A stretch of 64,000 nucleotides of DNA, from assembly GCA_052143575.1 (NCBI GenBank), contig JBKQSP010000051.1, forward strand, positions 6,308 to 70,307, given 5' to 3'. Of the stretch, positions 17,820 through 25,675 are shown in pieces. This DNA is from Acidimicrobiales bacterium. Lineage in GTDB: Bacteria > Actinomycetota > Acidimicrobiia > Acidimicrobiales > Bog-793. Under the pieces are notes generated by a model, which was not told the origin of the DNA, did no database searches, and saw only the letters and a list, made by a program, of their open reading frames with translations. Every line of letters begins with the position of its first letter. Positions within the stretch are counted from its first letter, which is position 1. The position numbers were made by a program, and so were the translations under genes.

Positions 17820-18009
17820 GAGCGTGCCTCCTTGCGGCTCCGCCCAGGTGGGGCGGATGAACCAGGTGTCGGTGACCGGACAGCTCAGGGTAAGGGATGG
17901 GAGAGCCACGGCCAAGGCCTCGACGACCCAGGCTGTCCGGGGCCGGCCACGGACGGGACAACGGCCGAGGTGGCCGTACGTCGCCTCTCGCCTCGTGCGG
18001 TGAGGCCCG

Positions 18010-18044
18010 TTGACACTGAGACAGATCAAGGCGTATTGTCTCAG
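18010..18044 (+). promoter_or_regulatory. sigma-70-like promoter (TTGACA-18 nt-TATTGT) overlapped by perfect inverted repeat CTGAGACA-N13-TGTCTCAG, abutting the TetR-2 ATG (leaderless type)
   Basis: TTGACA at 18010-18015, TATTGT at 18034-18039, inverted-repeat arms at 18016-18023 and 18037-18044, ATG at 18047. No SD is present. Confidence 0.6.
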
Positions 18045-18046
18045 CA

Positions 18047-18862
18047 ATGGGCATCGCCCTAGCCGACCGCGCGCTGATACCCGATCGCACTGCGATCGGC
18101 GAGGCAGACGCGGCAGGTTTCGAGCCCGGAGTCGTCGCTTCCGGCACTCCCCCCTCGCCGCGGGCGGCAGACTCCAGGGCTCGAGTTCTCGGCGCAGCCG
18201 TCCGCTGCGTCGCTCGCTTCGGCATCTCGAAGACGACGGTCGACGACGTCGCCCGTGAGGCTCGTCTCAGCCGTGCGACCCTCTACCGGCTCTTCCCGGG
18301 CGGGCGCGACGAGATCGTCGAGACGATGGTGGCAGCGGAGATCGGAGCCTACTTCGGCAGCCTTGCGGCCCGCCTCGAGGGCGTCGAGGACTTCGAGGAG
18401 CGGATCGTCGTCGCCATGACGGCAGCGGCAGCAGAGCTCGTCGGGCACCGGGCGCTGGGTTTCGTGCTGGCGCACGAGCCGGAGCTCGTGCTTCCGCACG
18501 TCTCGTTCGCCCAGTTCGACCGCGTGCTCGAGGTCGCCTCACGCTTCTTCGCCCCCTACCTCGCCGGCCTGCTCGCCCCGGAGGACGCTCGCCGCGTCGG
18601 CGAGTGGGTGACCCGCCTTGTGCTGTCCCACGTCGCCTGCCCCGCCGACTCCCTCGACGAAGCGTCGTCGGGGACGACGGCGAGCTCGATCTCCGACTCG
18701 GACGGCGAGCCGTTCTCCTTTCATCCCGAGCCCATGTCGCCCGAGCGGGCGAGATGGCTCGTGCGCACCTTCGTCATGCCCGGCATCCGGGCCCTGACGG
18801 CTGCTTCAAGTTCTGCAGGTCTTCAACCGACAACTCAGTCACCATCCGCCGTCACGGTGTGA
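18047..18862 (+). CDS. TetR family transcriptional regulator (paralogue of 16548..17162)
   Basis: HTH RVLGAAVRCVARFGISKTTVDDVAREARLSRATLYRLFPGGRDEIV. Confidence 0.85.
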   Translation: MGIALADRALIPDRTAIGEADAAGFEPGVVASGTPPSPRAADSRARVLGAAVRCVARFGISKTTVDDVAREARLSRATLYRLFPGGRDEIVETMVAAEIGAYFGSLAARLEGVEDFEERIVVAMTAAAAELVGHRALGFVLAHEPELVLPHVSFAQFDRVLEVASRFFAPYLAGLLAPEDARRVGEWVTRLVLSHVACPADSLDEASSGTTASSISDSDGEPFSFHPEPMSPERARWLVRTFVMPGIRALTAASSSAGLQPTTQSPSAVTV

Positions 18863-18891
18863 CCGGATCTCATCGAGGGGGAGCCCCAACC

Positions 18892-20016
18892 ATGGCATCG
18901 ACGACCGACCAAATCATCGGCCGCGACAACGTCGACGACATCGAGGCGATTCTCGCCGTCTCGAACACTGACGTCGACGAGGTTCTCCATACGGTCCGGT
19001 CCAACTACGACACGATCTTCACGTGGAACTACGACAAGGGCTCCCGCCCGAAGCTGAACCGCCTCTACGAGAAGGCGAAGACCTCGATGTGGAACGCCCA
19101 GACGGATCTCCCGTGGGAGACGGAGGTCGATCAGGAGAAGCTCGTCGAAGAGCAGAAGCTGCTCATGGGGCCGCCGCTCCACACCTACGCAGACTTGAAG
19201 GGCACGGCCTTCGAGAGCTGGGGCGACAAGGAGTGGGACCAGCTGGCGATCGAGAGCCAGAACTGGACCTTGTCGCAGTTCATGCACGGGGAACAGGGCG
19301 CGCTCGTCTGCACGGCCAAGGTCGTCGAGTCGGTCCCGTGGATCGATGCCAAGTACTACGGGGCCACCCAGGTCATGGACGAGGCTCGCCACGTCGAGGT
19401 CTTCGCCAAGTACCTCGACGAGAAACTCTCCGGCCACTACCCGATCAACGCCCACCTGAAGCTGCTGCTCGACGACATCATCGCCGACAGTCGCTGGGAC
19501 ATGACCTTCCTCGGCATGCAGATCATGGTGGAGGGATTGGCGCTCGCCGCCTTCGGCTTCATGCACGCCATGACGACCGAGCCGTTGCTCAAGCAACTCT
19601 TGCGTTACGTCATGTCGGACGAGGCACGCCACGTCGCTTTCGGCGTGTTGGCGTTGCAGGACTTCTACACCGAGCTCTCCGGGCCTGAGATCCGCGAGCG
19701 CCAGGAGTTCGCCTTCGAGGCGGCCGTGCGGATGCGGGACCGTTTCCTCCAGCAGGAGATCTGGGACCGCATGGGGATCCCGCCCCGCGACGTCCTGCCC
19801 CTCACGCTGGCGGCACCGGACCGTGCCATGTTCCAGGCGATGCTCTTCTCGAAGATCGTGCCGAACCTGAAGAAGCTCGGACTGCTCGATGCCGGTGACG
19901 GCTGGTTGCGCACCAAATTCACCGAGCTCGGTGCCATCCAGTGGGAGAACCTCTCGGACACCGAAGAGGAGTACGCCGCATTCCAGCTGGCAGAAGGCGA
20001 GCTCAAGACCGCTTGA
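18892..20016 (+). CDS. ferritin-like diiron protein (AurF-like diiron oxygenase family)
   Basis: ATG 18892 with a GAGGGGGA SD. Two DEARHV (ExxH) motifs plus upstream carboxylates (HGEQGA, MVEGLA) fit a four-helix diiron site. The 18604 start in the track overlaps TetR-2 and was rejected. Confidence 0.7.
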   Translation: MASTTDQIIGRDNVDDIEAILAVSNTDVDEVLHTVRSNYDTIFTWNYDKGSRPKLNRLYEKAKTSMWNAQTDLPWETEVDQEKLVEEQKLLMGPPLHTYADLKGTAFESWGDKEWDQLAIESQNWTLSQFMHGEQGALVCTAKVVESVPWIDAKYYGATQVMDEARHVEVFAKYLDEKLSGHYPINAHLKLLLDDIIADSRWDMTFLGMQIMVEGLALAAFGFMHAMTTEPLLKQLLRYVMSDEARHVAFGVLALQDFYTELSGPEIRERQEFAFEAAVRMRDRFLQQEIWDRMGIPPRDVLPLTLAAPDRAMFQAMLFSKIVPNLKKLGLLDAGDGWLRTKFTELGAIQWENLSDTEEEYAAFQLAEGELKTA

Positions 20017-20188
20017 CCTCGGTGTCGCCTCCCCCACCCATGCGGACCTGGAGCGACGCGGTGCCGGAGCGAAGTGTCGAAAAAAGGTCCTCGACTGCGG
20101 CGAGCCCCTGTGACACCATTTCTATCGCAAATCGTATCCACCAACGAGAACGGCCCGGTACGCAGCCTCGTGCCGCGAGGCCCGGAGG

Positions 20189-20686
20189 GTGACCATGAGC
20201 GTGACCGACGAGCTGCTGACGAACAACGACGCTTACGCCGCTGACTTCGACAAAGGCGACCTGCCCCTGCCGCCCGGCAAGAAGGTGGCGATCGTTGCCT
20301 GCATGGATGCCCGCCTCAGCCCGTACTTCGCGCTCGGCCTGCGGGAAGGCGACGCCCACGTCATCCGCAACGCCGGCGGTGTCGTCACGGCTGACCAGAT
20401 CCGTTCCCTCGCCATCTCTCAGCGCCTGCTCGGAACCGAGGAGATCGTCCTCATCCATCACACGGACTGCGGCATGTTGACCTTCAGCGACGACGAGTTC
20501 AAGCGCCAGATCGAGGAGGAGGTCGGCATCAAGCCGGAGTGGGCGGCCGAGTCCTTCGGGGATCTCGAGGTCGATGTGCGCCAGTCGATCGCCCGCATCA
20601 AAGCGAGCCCCTTCGTCCCGAAGAAGGACTCGATCCGCGGCTTCATCTACGACGTCAAGACAGGCCGCCTGAACGAAGTCGTCTGA
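20189..20686 (+). CDS. beta-class carbonic anhydrase
   Basis: Zinc-ligand motifs CMDAR and HTDCG; 165 aa. Confidence 0.85.
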   Translation: MTMSVTDELLTNNDAYAADFDKGDLPLPPGKKVAIVACMDARLSPYFALGLREGDAHVIRNAGGVVTADQIRSLAISQRLLGTEEIVLIHHTDCGMLTFSDDEFKRQIEEEVGIKPEWAAESFGDLEVDVRQSIARIKASPFVPKKDSIRGFIYDVKTGRLNEVV

Positions 20687-20779
20687 ACGGGCAATCTCCG
20701 GGCGGGGCGTCAGGCGAGAAATTCACCGCCGAAGGGGCGGCGCCCGCAAGGATCCGGGCCGCTCGAGCGTCTACGGTGC

Positions 20780-22102
20780 ATGAGGATCCGGAGAAGGTGC
20801 AACGTGTCACGGGCGGTCGCGGAGTGGGCGGCCGGCGAGTGGGCGGCCGGCGAGCGGGCGCATCGTGCCCGCACCGTCGGCGCCCCGGCGGGCATCGGCG
20901 CCCTGCTCCTGGCGTCGGTGACCCTGGCGGCGTGCAGCGGGACCGGTCCCTCCGGGGCCCCGGTCACGGCGAAGGCGACGACGAACGCCAGCCTCGTCGC
21001 CAGCTCCACCTCACGTTCCAGCTCAACCCGCACCTCAAACCCCACTGGGACGGGGGCTTCGTCGACGGCGACTCCTGGCGCCCCGGCGCTGCCGGCTGGG
21101 TCCTCGGTACCGGGCGGCTTCGAGCCGAGATCGGCGACGTTCGTGTCGGCGGCAACCGGATACGTCCTCGGCGTCAGCACCTCGTGCCCGAGCCGTCGGT
21201 GCGTCTCGCTCCTTCGCACGACTGATGGAGGCAGCCGCTGGATGAGCCTGGCGGCGCCTGCGGGAATCTACGGGAGCCAAGTGAGCGAGGTTCGCTTCGC
21301 TGACCCCCTCGACGGCTGGCTGTTCGGTCCTGACCTCTTCGTCACCCACGACGGTGGACGCACGTGGCATCGCGTCGCCACATCGGGCTCGGTGAGGCAA
21401 CTCGAGACGTCCGGCGGCTACGTCGACGCCGTCGTGTCTTCGTGTGCGCCGAACGGGTGTAGCGGAAGGCTCCGCCTCGAGCAAGCCGCCGCCACGGGTG
21501 GCCCGTTCACGACCGTGCTCGTCAGCACGGCACGGCACTCGAGCTCGCAGCTCTCCCTGCAGGCCGACGTCGGCTTCGTCGTCTTCGGCGACTTCCAGTT
21601 GTATGCAACCGAGAACCTCGCCAACAGCGCCGGCTGGAAGCCGTTCCCCAACCCGTGCGCCTCGCTGAAGAACTTCGTGTTGGGTCCGATCGTGGCCCCC
21701 AACACGACGACCTTGGTCTCAGTCTGCTGGGGCAACGGCGCCGCAGGTAGCTCGACGAAAGACGTCGTTGTGACGCGTGACGCCAAGAGCACCGTCGTCG
21801 GCCGCACCCCCCTCGGCGGCCTCCCCGTGGCGATCGCGGCGACGCCGTCGGGCCGCACCATCGTGGTGGCGTGCTCGTCGGGCGCCAGCATGCTCTACCG
21901 ATCGAGGACCGGCGGCCGTTCCTGGTCGACTGTCGCATCCTTCGGGGACGGCGGCTACGGGTGGAACGACCTTGGCTTCACTACGGCGACGCAGGGCTTC
22001 GTCATGCGGGGTGCAGCGTCGATCTGGCGGTTCGCTCACTTCGACGAGATGCTCATGACCCACGACGCCGGCGCCAGTTGGCACCGAGTGCGGTTCTCCT
22101 GA
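20780..22102 (+). CDS. lipoprotein with Asp-box (BNR)/Ycf48-like beta-propeller repeats
   Basis: Lipobox VTLAAC. Asp-box-like motifs TTDGGSRW, THDGGRTW, RTGGRSW and THDAGASW. The start may be GTG 20813. A 15-bp tandem repeat (gagtgggcggccggc, x2.5) at 20822..20860 encodes EWAAG-EWAAG in the signal n-region. Confidence 0.7.
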   Translation: MRIRRRCNVSRAVAEWAAGEWAAGERAHRARTVGAPAGIGALLLASVTLAACSGTGPSGAPVTAKATTNASLVASSTSRSSSTRTSNPTGTGASSTATPGAPALPAGSSVPGGFEPRSATFVSAATGYVLGVSTSCPSRRCVSLLRTTDGGSRWMSLAAPAGIYGSQVSEVRFADPLDGWLFGPDLFVTHDGGRTWHRVATSGSVRQLETSGGYVDAVVSSCAPNGCSGRLRLEQAAATGGPFTTVLVSTARHSSSQLSLQADVGFVVFGDFQLYATENLANSAGWKPFPNPCASLKNFVLGPIVAPNTTTLVSVCWGNGAAGSSTKDVVVTRDAKSTVVGRTPLGGLPVAIAATPSGRTIVVACSSGASMLYRSRTGGRSWSTVASFGDGGYGWNDLGFTTATQGFVMRGAASIWRFAHFDEMLMTHDAGASWHRVRFS

Positions 22103-22203
22103 GGCGTGCGACGCCCCGTCGTGGTGCACGACCTCATCGTCACTGACGACGAACACTCACGCAGCGCCTACGGTGGGAACGACACTCGAGCCGGGAGCCC
22201 CGC

Positions 22204-23004
22204 ATGGCCGTTGACTTCACGCTGCTCGTCGGAGACCTCGCCGCCGAGAGCACGGATCTCGTCGCCATGCTCGACGAGCGGCTGAGGTCCGACCCCGCCA
22301 TCGTCGAGAAACCGACCCCGGCCGAGGGCTGGACGGTCGCCGACCAGCTTGCTCACCTTGCCTACTTCGACGAGGCCCTCTTGCTCGCCATGGGCGACCC
22401 GCTGGAGTTCCGGGTCGAGCGCGACCTGTTGATCGCTCGCGGAGGCGAGGTGGCTGCCCTGGCGCGGGAGCGTCATCAAGCCCGCGGGGGATCGCTCCTC
22501 GGCTGGTTCCAAGAGGCGCGCGCCGACCTCGTGACGACGCTTCGGGGCGACGACGCCCGCCGCCGCGTCCCGTGGTACGGCCCGGACATGAGCCTCGCCT
22601 CGGCGGCGACGGCGCGGCTGATGGAGACCTGGGCGCACGGTCAGGACATCGCCGACGCCGTCGGCGCCTGGCGGCACGCCACGAGCCGGCTCCGGCACGT
22701 CGCCGATCTCGGCGTCCGCACCTACGCCTTCAGCTTCACCGTGCGCGGCTTGGCGGCTCCCGAGGTCCCCGTCCGCGTCGAGCTCATGGGCCCCCATCTC
22801 GAAGAGTGGTCCTGGGGGCCGCCCGATGCCGCCGACGTCGTGAAGGGCTCGGCGGAGGAGTTCTGCCTCGTCGTGACACAGCGGCGCCATCTCGCCGCCA
22901 CGTCGCTCGTGGTCGAGGGCGTGACGGCACGAGCCTGGCTGAGCATCGCCCAGGCCTTCGCGGGCGCCCCGACGACGACCTCGGCGGGGCGGGCACCCGC
23001 CTGA
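22204..23004 (+). CDS. DinB/mycothiol-maleylpyruvate-isomerase-N-terminal-domain family metal-binding protein (TIGR03084-like)
   Basis: Family resemblance from memory (EGWTVADQLAHLAYFDE…ARLMETWAHGQDI). Confidence 0.6.
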   Translation: MAVDFTLLVGDLAAESTDLVAMLDERLRSDPAIVEKPTPAEGWTVADQLAHLAYFDEALLLAMGDPLEFRVERDLLIARGGEVAALARERHQARGGSLLGWFQEARADLVTTLRGDDARRRVPWYGPDMSLASAATARLMETWAHGQDIADAVGAWRHATSRLRHVADLGVRTYAFSFTVRGLAAPEVPVRVELMGPHLEEWSWGPPDAADVVKGSAEEFCLVVTQRRHLAATSLVVEGVTARAWLSIAQAFAGAPTTTSAGRAPA

Positions 23005-23085
23005 GGCGGAGGGGCGGCGGGCATCGGCGCCACAGCGGCTCGAAAGCTGCCCGGTCGTTCGAGGCGGCGTGCTGGTAGTTTCGTC

Positions 23086-24003
23086 GTGATGACCAAGCGC
23101 ACTCCAGGTCGCTTCGGCGCCGTGTTGACTGCCATGGTGACGCCCTTCGACGAGGCGGGGGAGCTCGATCTCGACGGCGCCCTCGGTCTTGCCAAGCATC
23201 TGGCAGACAACGGCACCGAGGCCGTCGTCCTCGCCGGCACGACGGGCGAGGCACCCGTTCTCACCGACCCCGAGCGGTTGGATCTCTTCCGGGCGCTCGC
23301 CGAATCGCTCACGATTCCCGTCATCGCCGGTTCGACGACGAACGACACCGCTCATTCCGTACAGCTCACGAAGGCGGCCGAAGCCGCCGGCGTCGCCGGC
23401 ATCCTCGCCGTGACCCCGTACTACAACCGGCCGTCGCAGACGGGCCTCGGGCGGCATTTCACGGCCGTGGCGCAAGCGACGTCGCTGCCGGTCATCCTCT
23501 ACGACATCCCCATCCGGACCGGGCGGAAGATCGCCACCGAGACGATGCTTCGCCTCGCCCGCGAGGTCCCCAACATCGTCGGCGTCAAGGATGCCGCCGG
23601 GGATGTGGCCGGCACGGCGAGGTTGCTGGCGGAGGCGCCGGAGGGTTTCCAGTGCTACAGCGGTGAGGACTCCATCACCTTGCCGCTCCTGTCGGTCGGG
23701 GCCGTCGGCGGCATCTGCGTGGCTTCCCACTGGGTGGGGCGCGAGATGGCCGAGATGATTGCGGCCTTCCTTGCCGGCGACGTCGAGGGGGCCCGTCAGC
23801 TGAACGCCGCCACGATCGACGCCGTGGCGTTCCAGACGAGCGACGAGGCGCCCAACCCCATGCCCGCCAAGGCGATGCTGCGGGCGATGGGCCTGCCGGC
23901 GGGTGAATGCCGACTGCCGCATGGGCCAGCACCGACGTGGCTGGAGGAACGGGCAGAGGGCGTGCTCGCCGACCTGGAGGAGTGGCGGGCCTCACGTGGC
24001 TGA
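23086..24003 (+). CDS. dapA: 4-hydroxy-tetrahydrodipicolinate synthase
   Basis: FGAVLTAMVTPF…VVLAGTTGEAPVLT…YNRPSQ; 305 aa. Confidence 0.92.
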   Translation: MMTKRTPGRFGAVLTAMVTPFDEAGELDLDGALGLAKHLADNGTEAVVLAGTTGEAPVLTDPERLDLFRALAESLTIPVIAGSTTNDTAHSVQLTKAAEAAGVAGILAVTPYYNRPSQTGLGRHFTAVAQATSLPVILYDIPIRTGRKIATETMLRLAREVPNIVGVKDAAGDVAGTARLLAEAPEGFQCYSGEDSITLPLLSVGAVGGICVASHWVGREMAEMIAAFLAGDVEGARQLNAATIDAVAFQTSDEAPNPMPAKAMLRAMGLPAGECRLPHGPAPTWLEERAEGVLADLEEWRASRG

Positions 24004-25657
24004 CCGTGTCCGGGTGTCCTTTCTCGGCGGTCTCGGCGAGATCGGACGCAACTGCGCAGTCATCGAGCAGGGCGGCCGCCTCGTCGTCCTCGACTGCGGC
24101 ATCATGTTCCCGAACCCGGAGATGCCCGGTGTCGACCTCGTGCTGCCGGACTTCGGCTGGCTCTTCGAGCGGGCCGGCGATGTCGACGGCGTCGTGCTCA
24201 CCCACGGGCACGAGGACCATGTCGGTGCGCTCGCCTACCTGCTGCGCCAGGTACCGGTGCCTATCTACGGCTCGCCGTTCACCCTTGGCATCGCCCGCAA
24301 CCGCCTCGAGGAGGCGAACCTCGCCTCCTCGACGACGTTCGTGCCGGTGGCAGACGGCGAGCGGCGCACGATCGGCCCCTTCGACGTCGAGTTCATCCCG
24401 GTCACGCACTCGGTCCCCTTCGGTTTCGCCCTCGCCTTCCACACCGCCCAGGGCGTCATCCTCCACACTGGCGACTTCAAGCTCGACCTGAACCCCGTCG
24501 ACGGGCGGCGGACGGATCTGGCGAGGATCGGCCAGATCGCCTCGACCGACGGCATCCGCCTCCTGCTGGCCGATTCCACGAACGCCGAGGAGCCCGGCTA
24601 CACCGGCAGCGAGTCGAGCGTCGGCGCCTCCCTGCGGACGATCTTCATGGGGAACCGCACCTCGCGCATCATCGTGGCGTGCTTCGCCAGCCACATCCAC
24701 CGCATCCAGCAAGTGGCCGACGCTGCCGTGGGCAGTGGCCGGCGCATCGCACTGCTCGGGCGTTCCATGGTGAAGAACGTCGGCGTCGCCCGTGAGCTCG
24801 GCCTCCTGCGCGTGCCCGACAGCGCCTTTGTCGAGATCGAGGGCATCGCAAACATCGACCCCGGCCAGCTCTGCGTCATCTCGACGGGCTCGCAGGGCGA
24901 GCCCATGTCCGCCCTCTCGCTCATGGCCGAGGGCGAGAGCCGCTGGCTCAACATCACCGATGGCGACGTCGTCGTGCTGTCCTCGCACGCCATCCCGGGC
25001 AACGAATGGGCCGTTGCCAAGGTGATGGACGGCCTCGCCCGCAAGGGCGCCGAAGTCGTGCACGGCTCCATCGCCCACGTGCACGAGAGCGGCCATGCCC
25101 GCCAGGGCGAGTTGGCCACGATGCTGTCGATCGCCAAGCCGAGGTCCTTCGTGCCCGTGCACGGCGAGTACCGCATGCTGCTGCGGCACTCCCGTCTCGC
25201 CATCGAGATGGGCGTTGCCGCCAGCGAGGTGCTCGTGTGTGAGGACGGCGACGTCATCGCCCTCAGCGACGAGGGGATCGACTTCGCCGGCGAGGTCTCT
25301 TCCAGCTACGTGTTCGTGGACGGCCTCGCTGGCGACGTCGGCGTCGGCGTCCTGCGCGACCGTCGCGTGCTGGCCGAAGAAGGCGTCGTCGTGACGGTCG
25401 TGACGGTCGACCGCAAGAGCGGGGAGCTCGTCGGCCCACCGGAGATCGTCAGCCGCGGCTTCCTCTCCGAGCCGGGTCACGAGGACCTCGCCGAGGAGCT
25501 CCGCGTCGCCGTGCAGAAGGCCGTCGAGGCGGGCGCCGGGCAGACGAGCCGGGATCCGGACGCCATCCGGCGGGTCGTGCGGCGCGCTGTCGGCCGCCTC
25601 GTGAACGAGCGGACCCGCCGCCGCCCCATGATCGTGGTGGTCGTCGTCGAAGCCTGA
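23996..25657 (+). CDS. rnj: ribonuclease J
   Basis: Metallo-beta-lactamase motif THGHEDHVGAL and beta-CASP architecture. GTG 23996 (VADRVRVSFLGGLGEIGRNC) overlaps the dapA stop by 8 nt. The earlier track start lies inside dapA and was rejected. Confidence 0.9.
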   Translation: MADRVRVSFLGGLGEIGRNCAVIEQGGRLVVLDCGIMFPNPEMPGVDLVLPDFGWLFERAGDVDGVVLTHGHEDHVGALAYLLRQVPVPIYGSPFTLGIARNRLEEANLASSTTFVPVADGERRTIGPFDVEFIPVTHSVPFGFALAFHTAQGVILHTGDFKLDLNPVDGRRTDLARIGQIASTDGIRLLLADSTNAEEPGYTGSESSVGASLRTIFMGNRTSRIIVACFASHIHRIQQVADAAVGSGRRIALLGRSMVKNVGVARELGLLRVPDSAFVEIEGIANIDPGQLCVISTGSQGEPMSALSLMAEGESRWLNITDGDVVVLSSHAIPGNEWAVAKVMDGLARKGAEVVHGSIAHVHESGHARQGELATMLSIAKPRSFVPVHGEYRMLLRHSRLAIEMGVAASEVLVCEDGDVIALSDEGIDFAGEVSSSYVFVDGLAGDVGVGVLRDRRVLAEEGVVVTVVTVDRKSGELVGPPEIVSRGFLSEPGHEDLAEELRVAVQKAVEAGAGQTSRDPDAIRRVVRRAVGRLVNERTRRRPMIVVVVVEA

Positions 25658-25675
25658 GCAATCGGCCTCCCGCCG

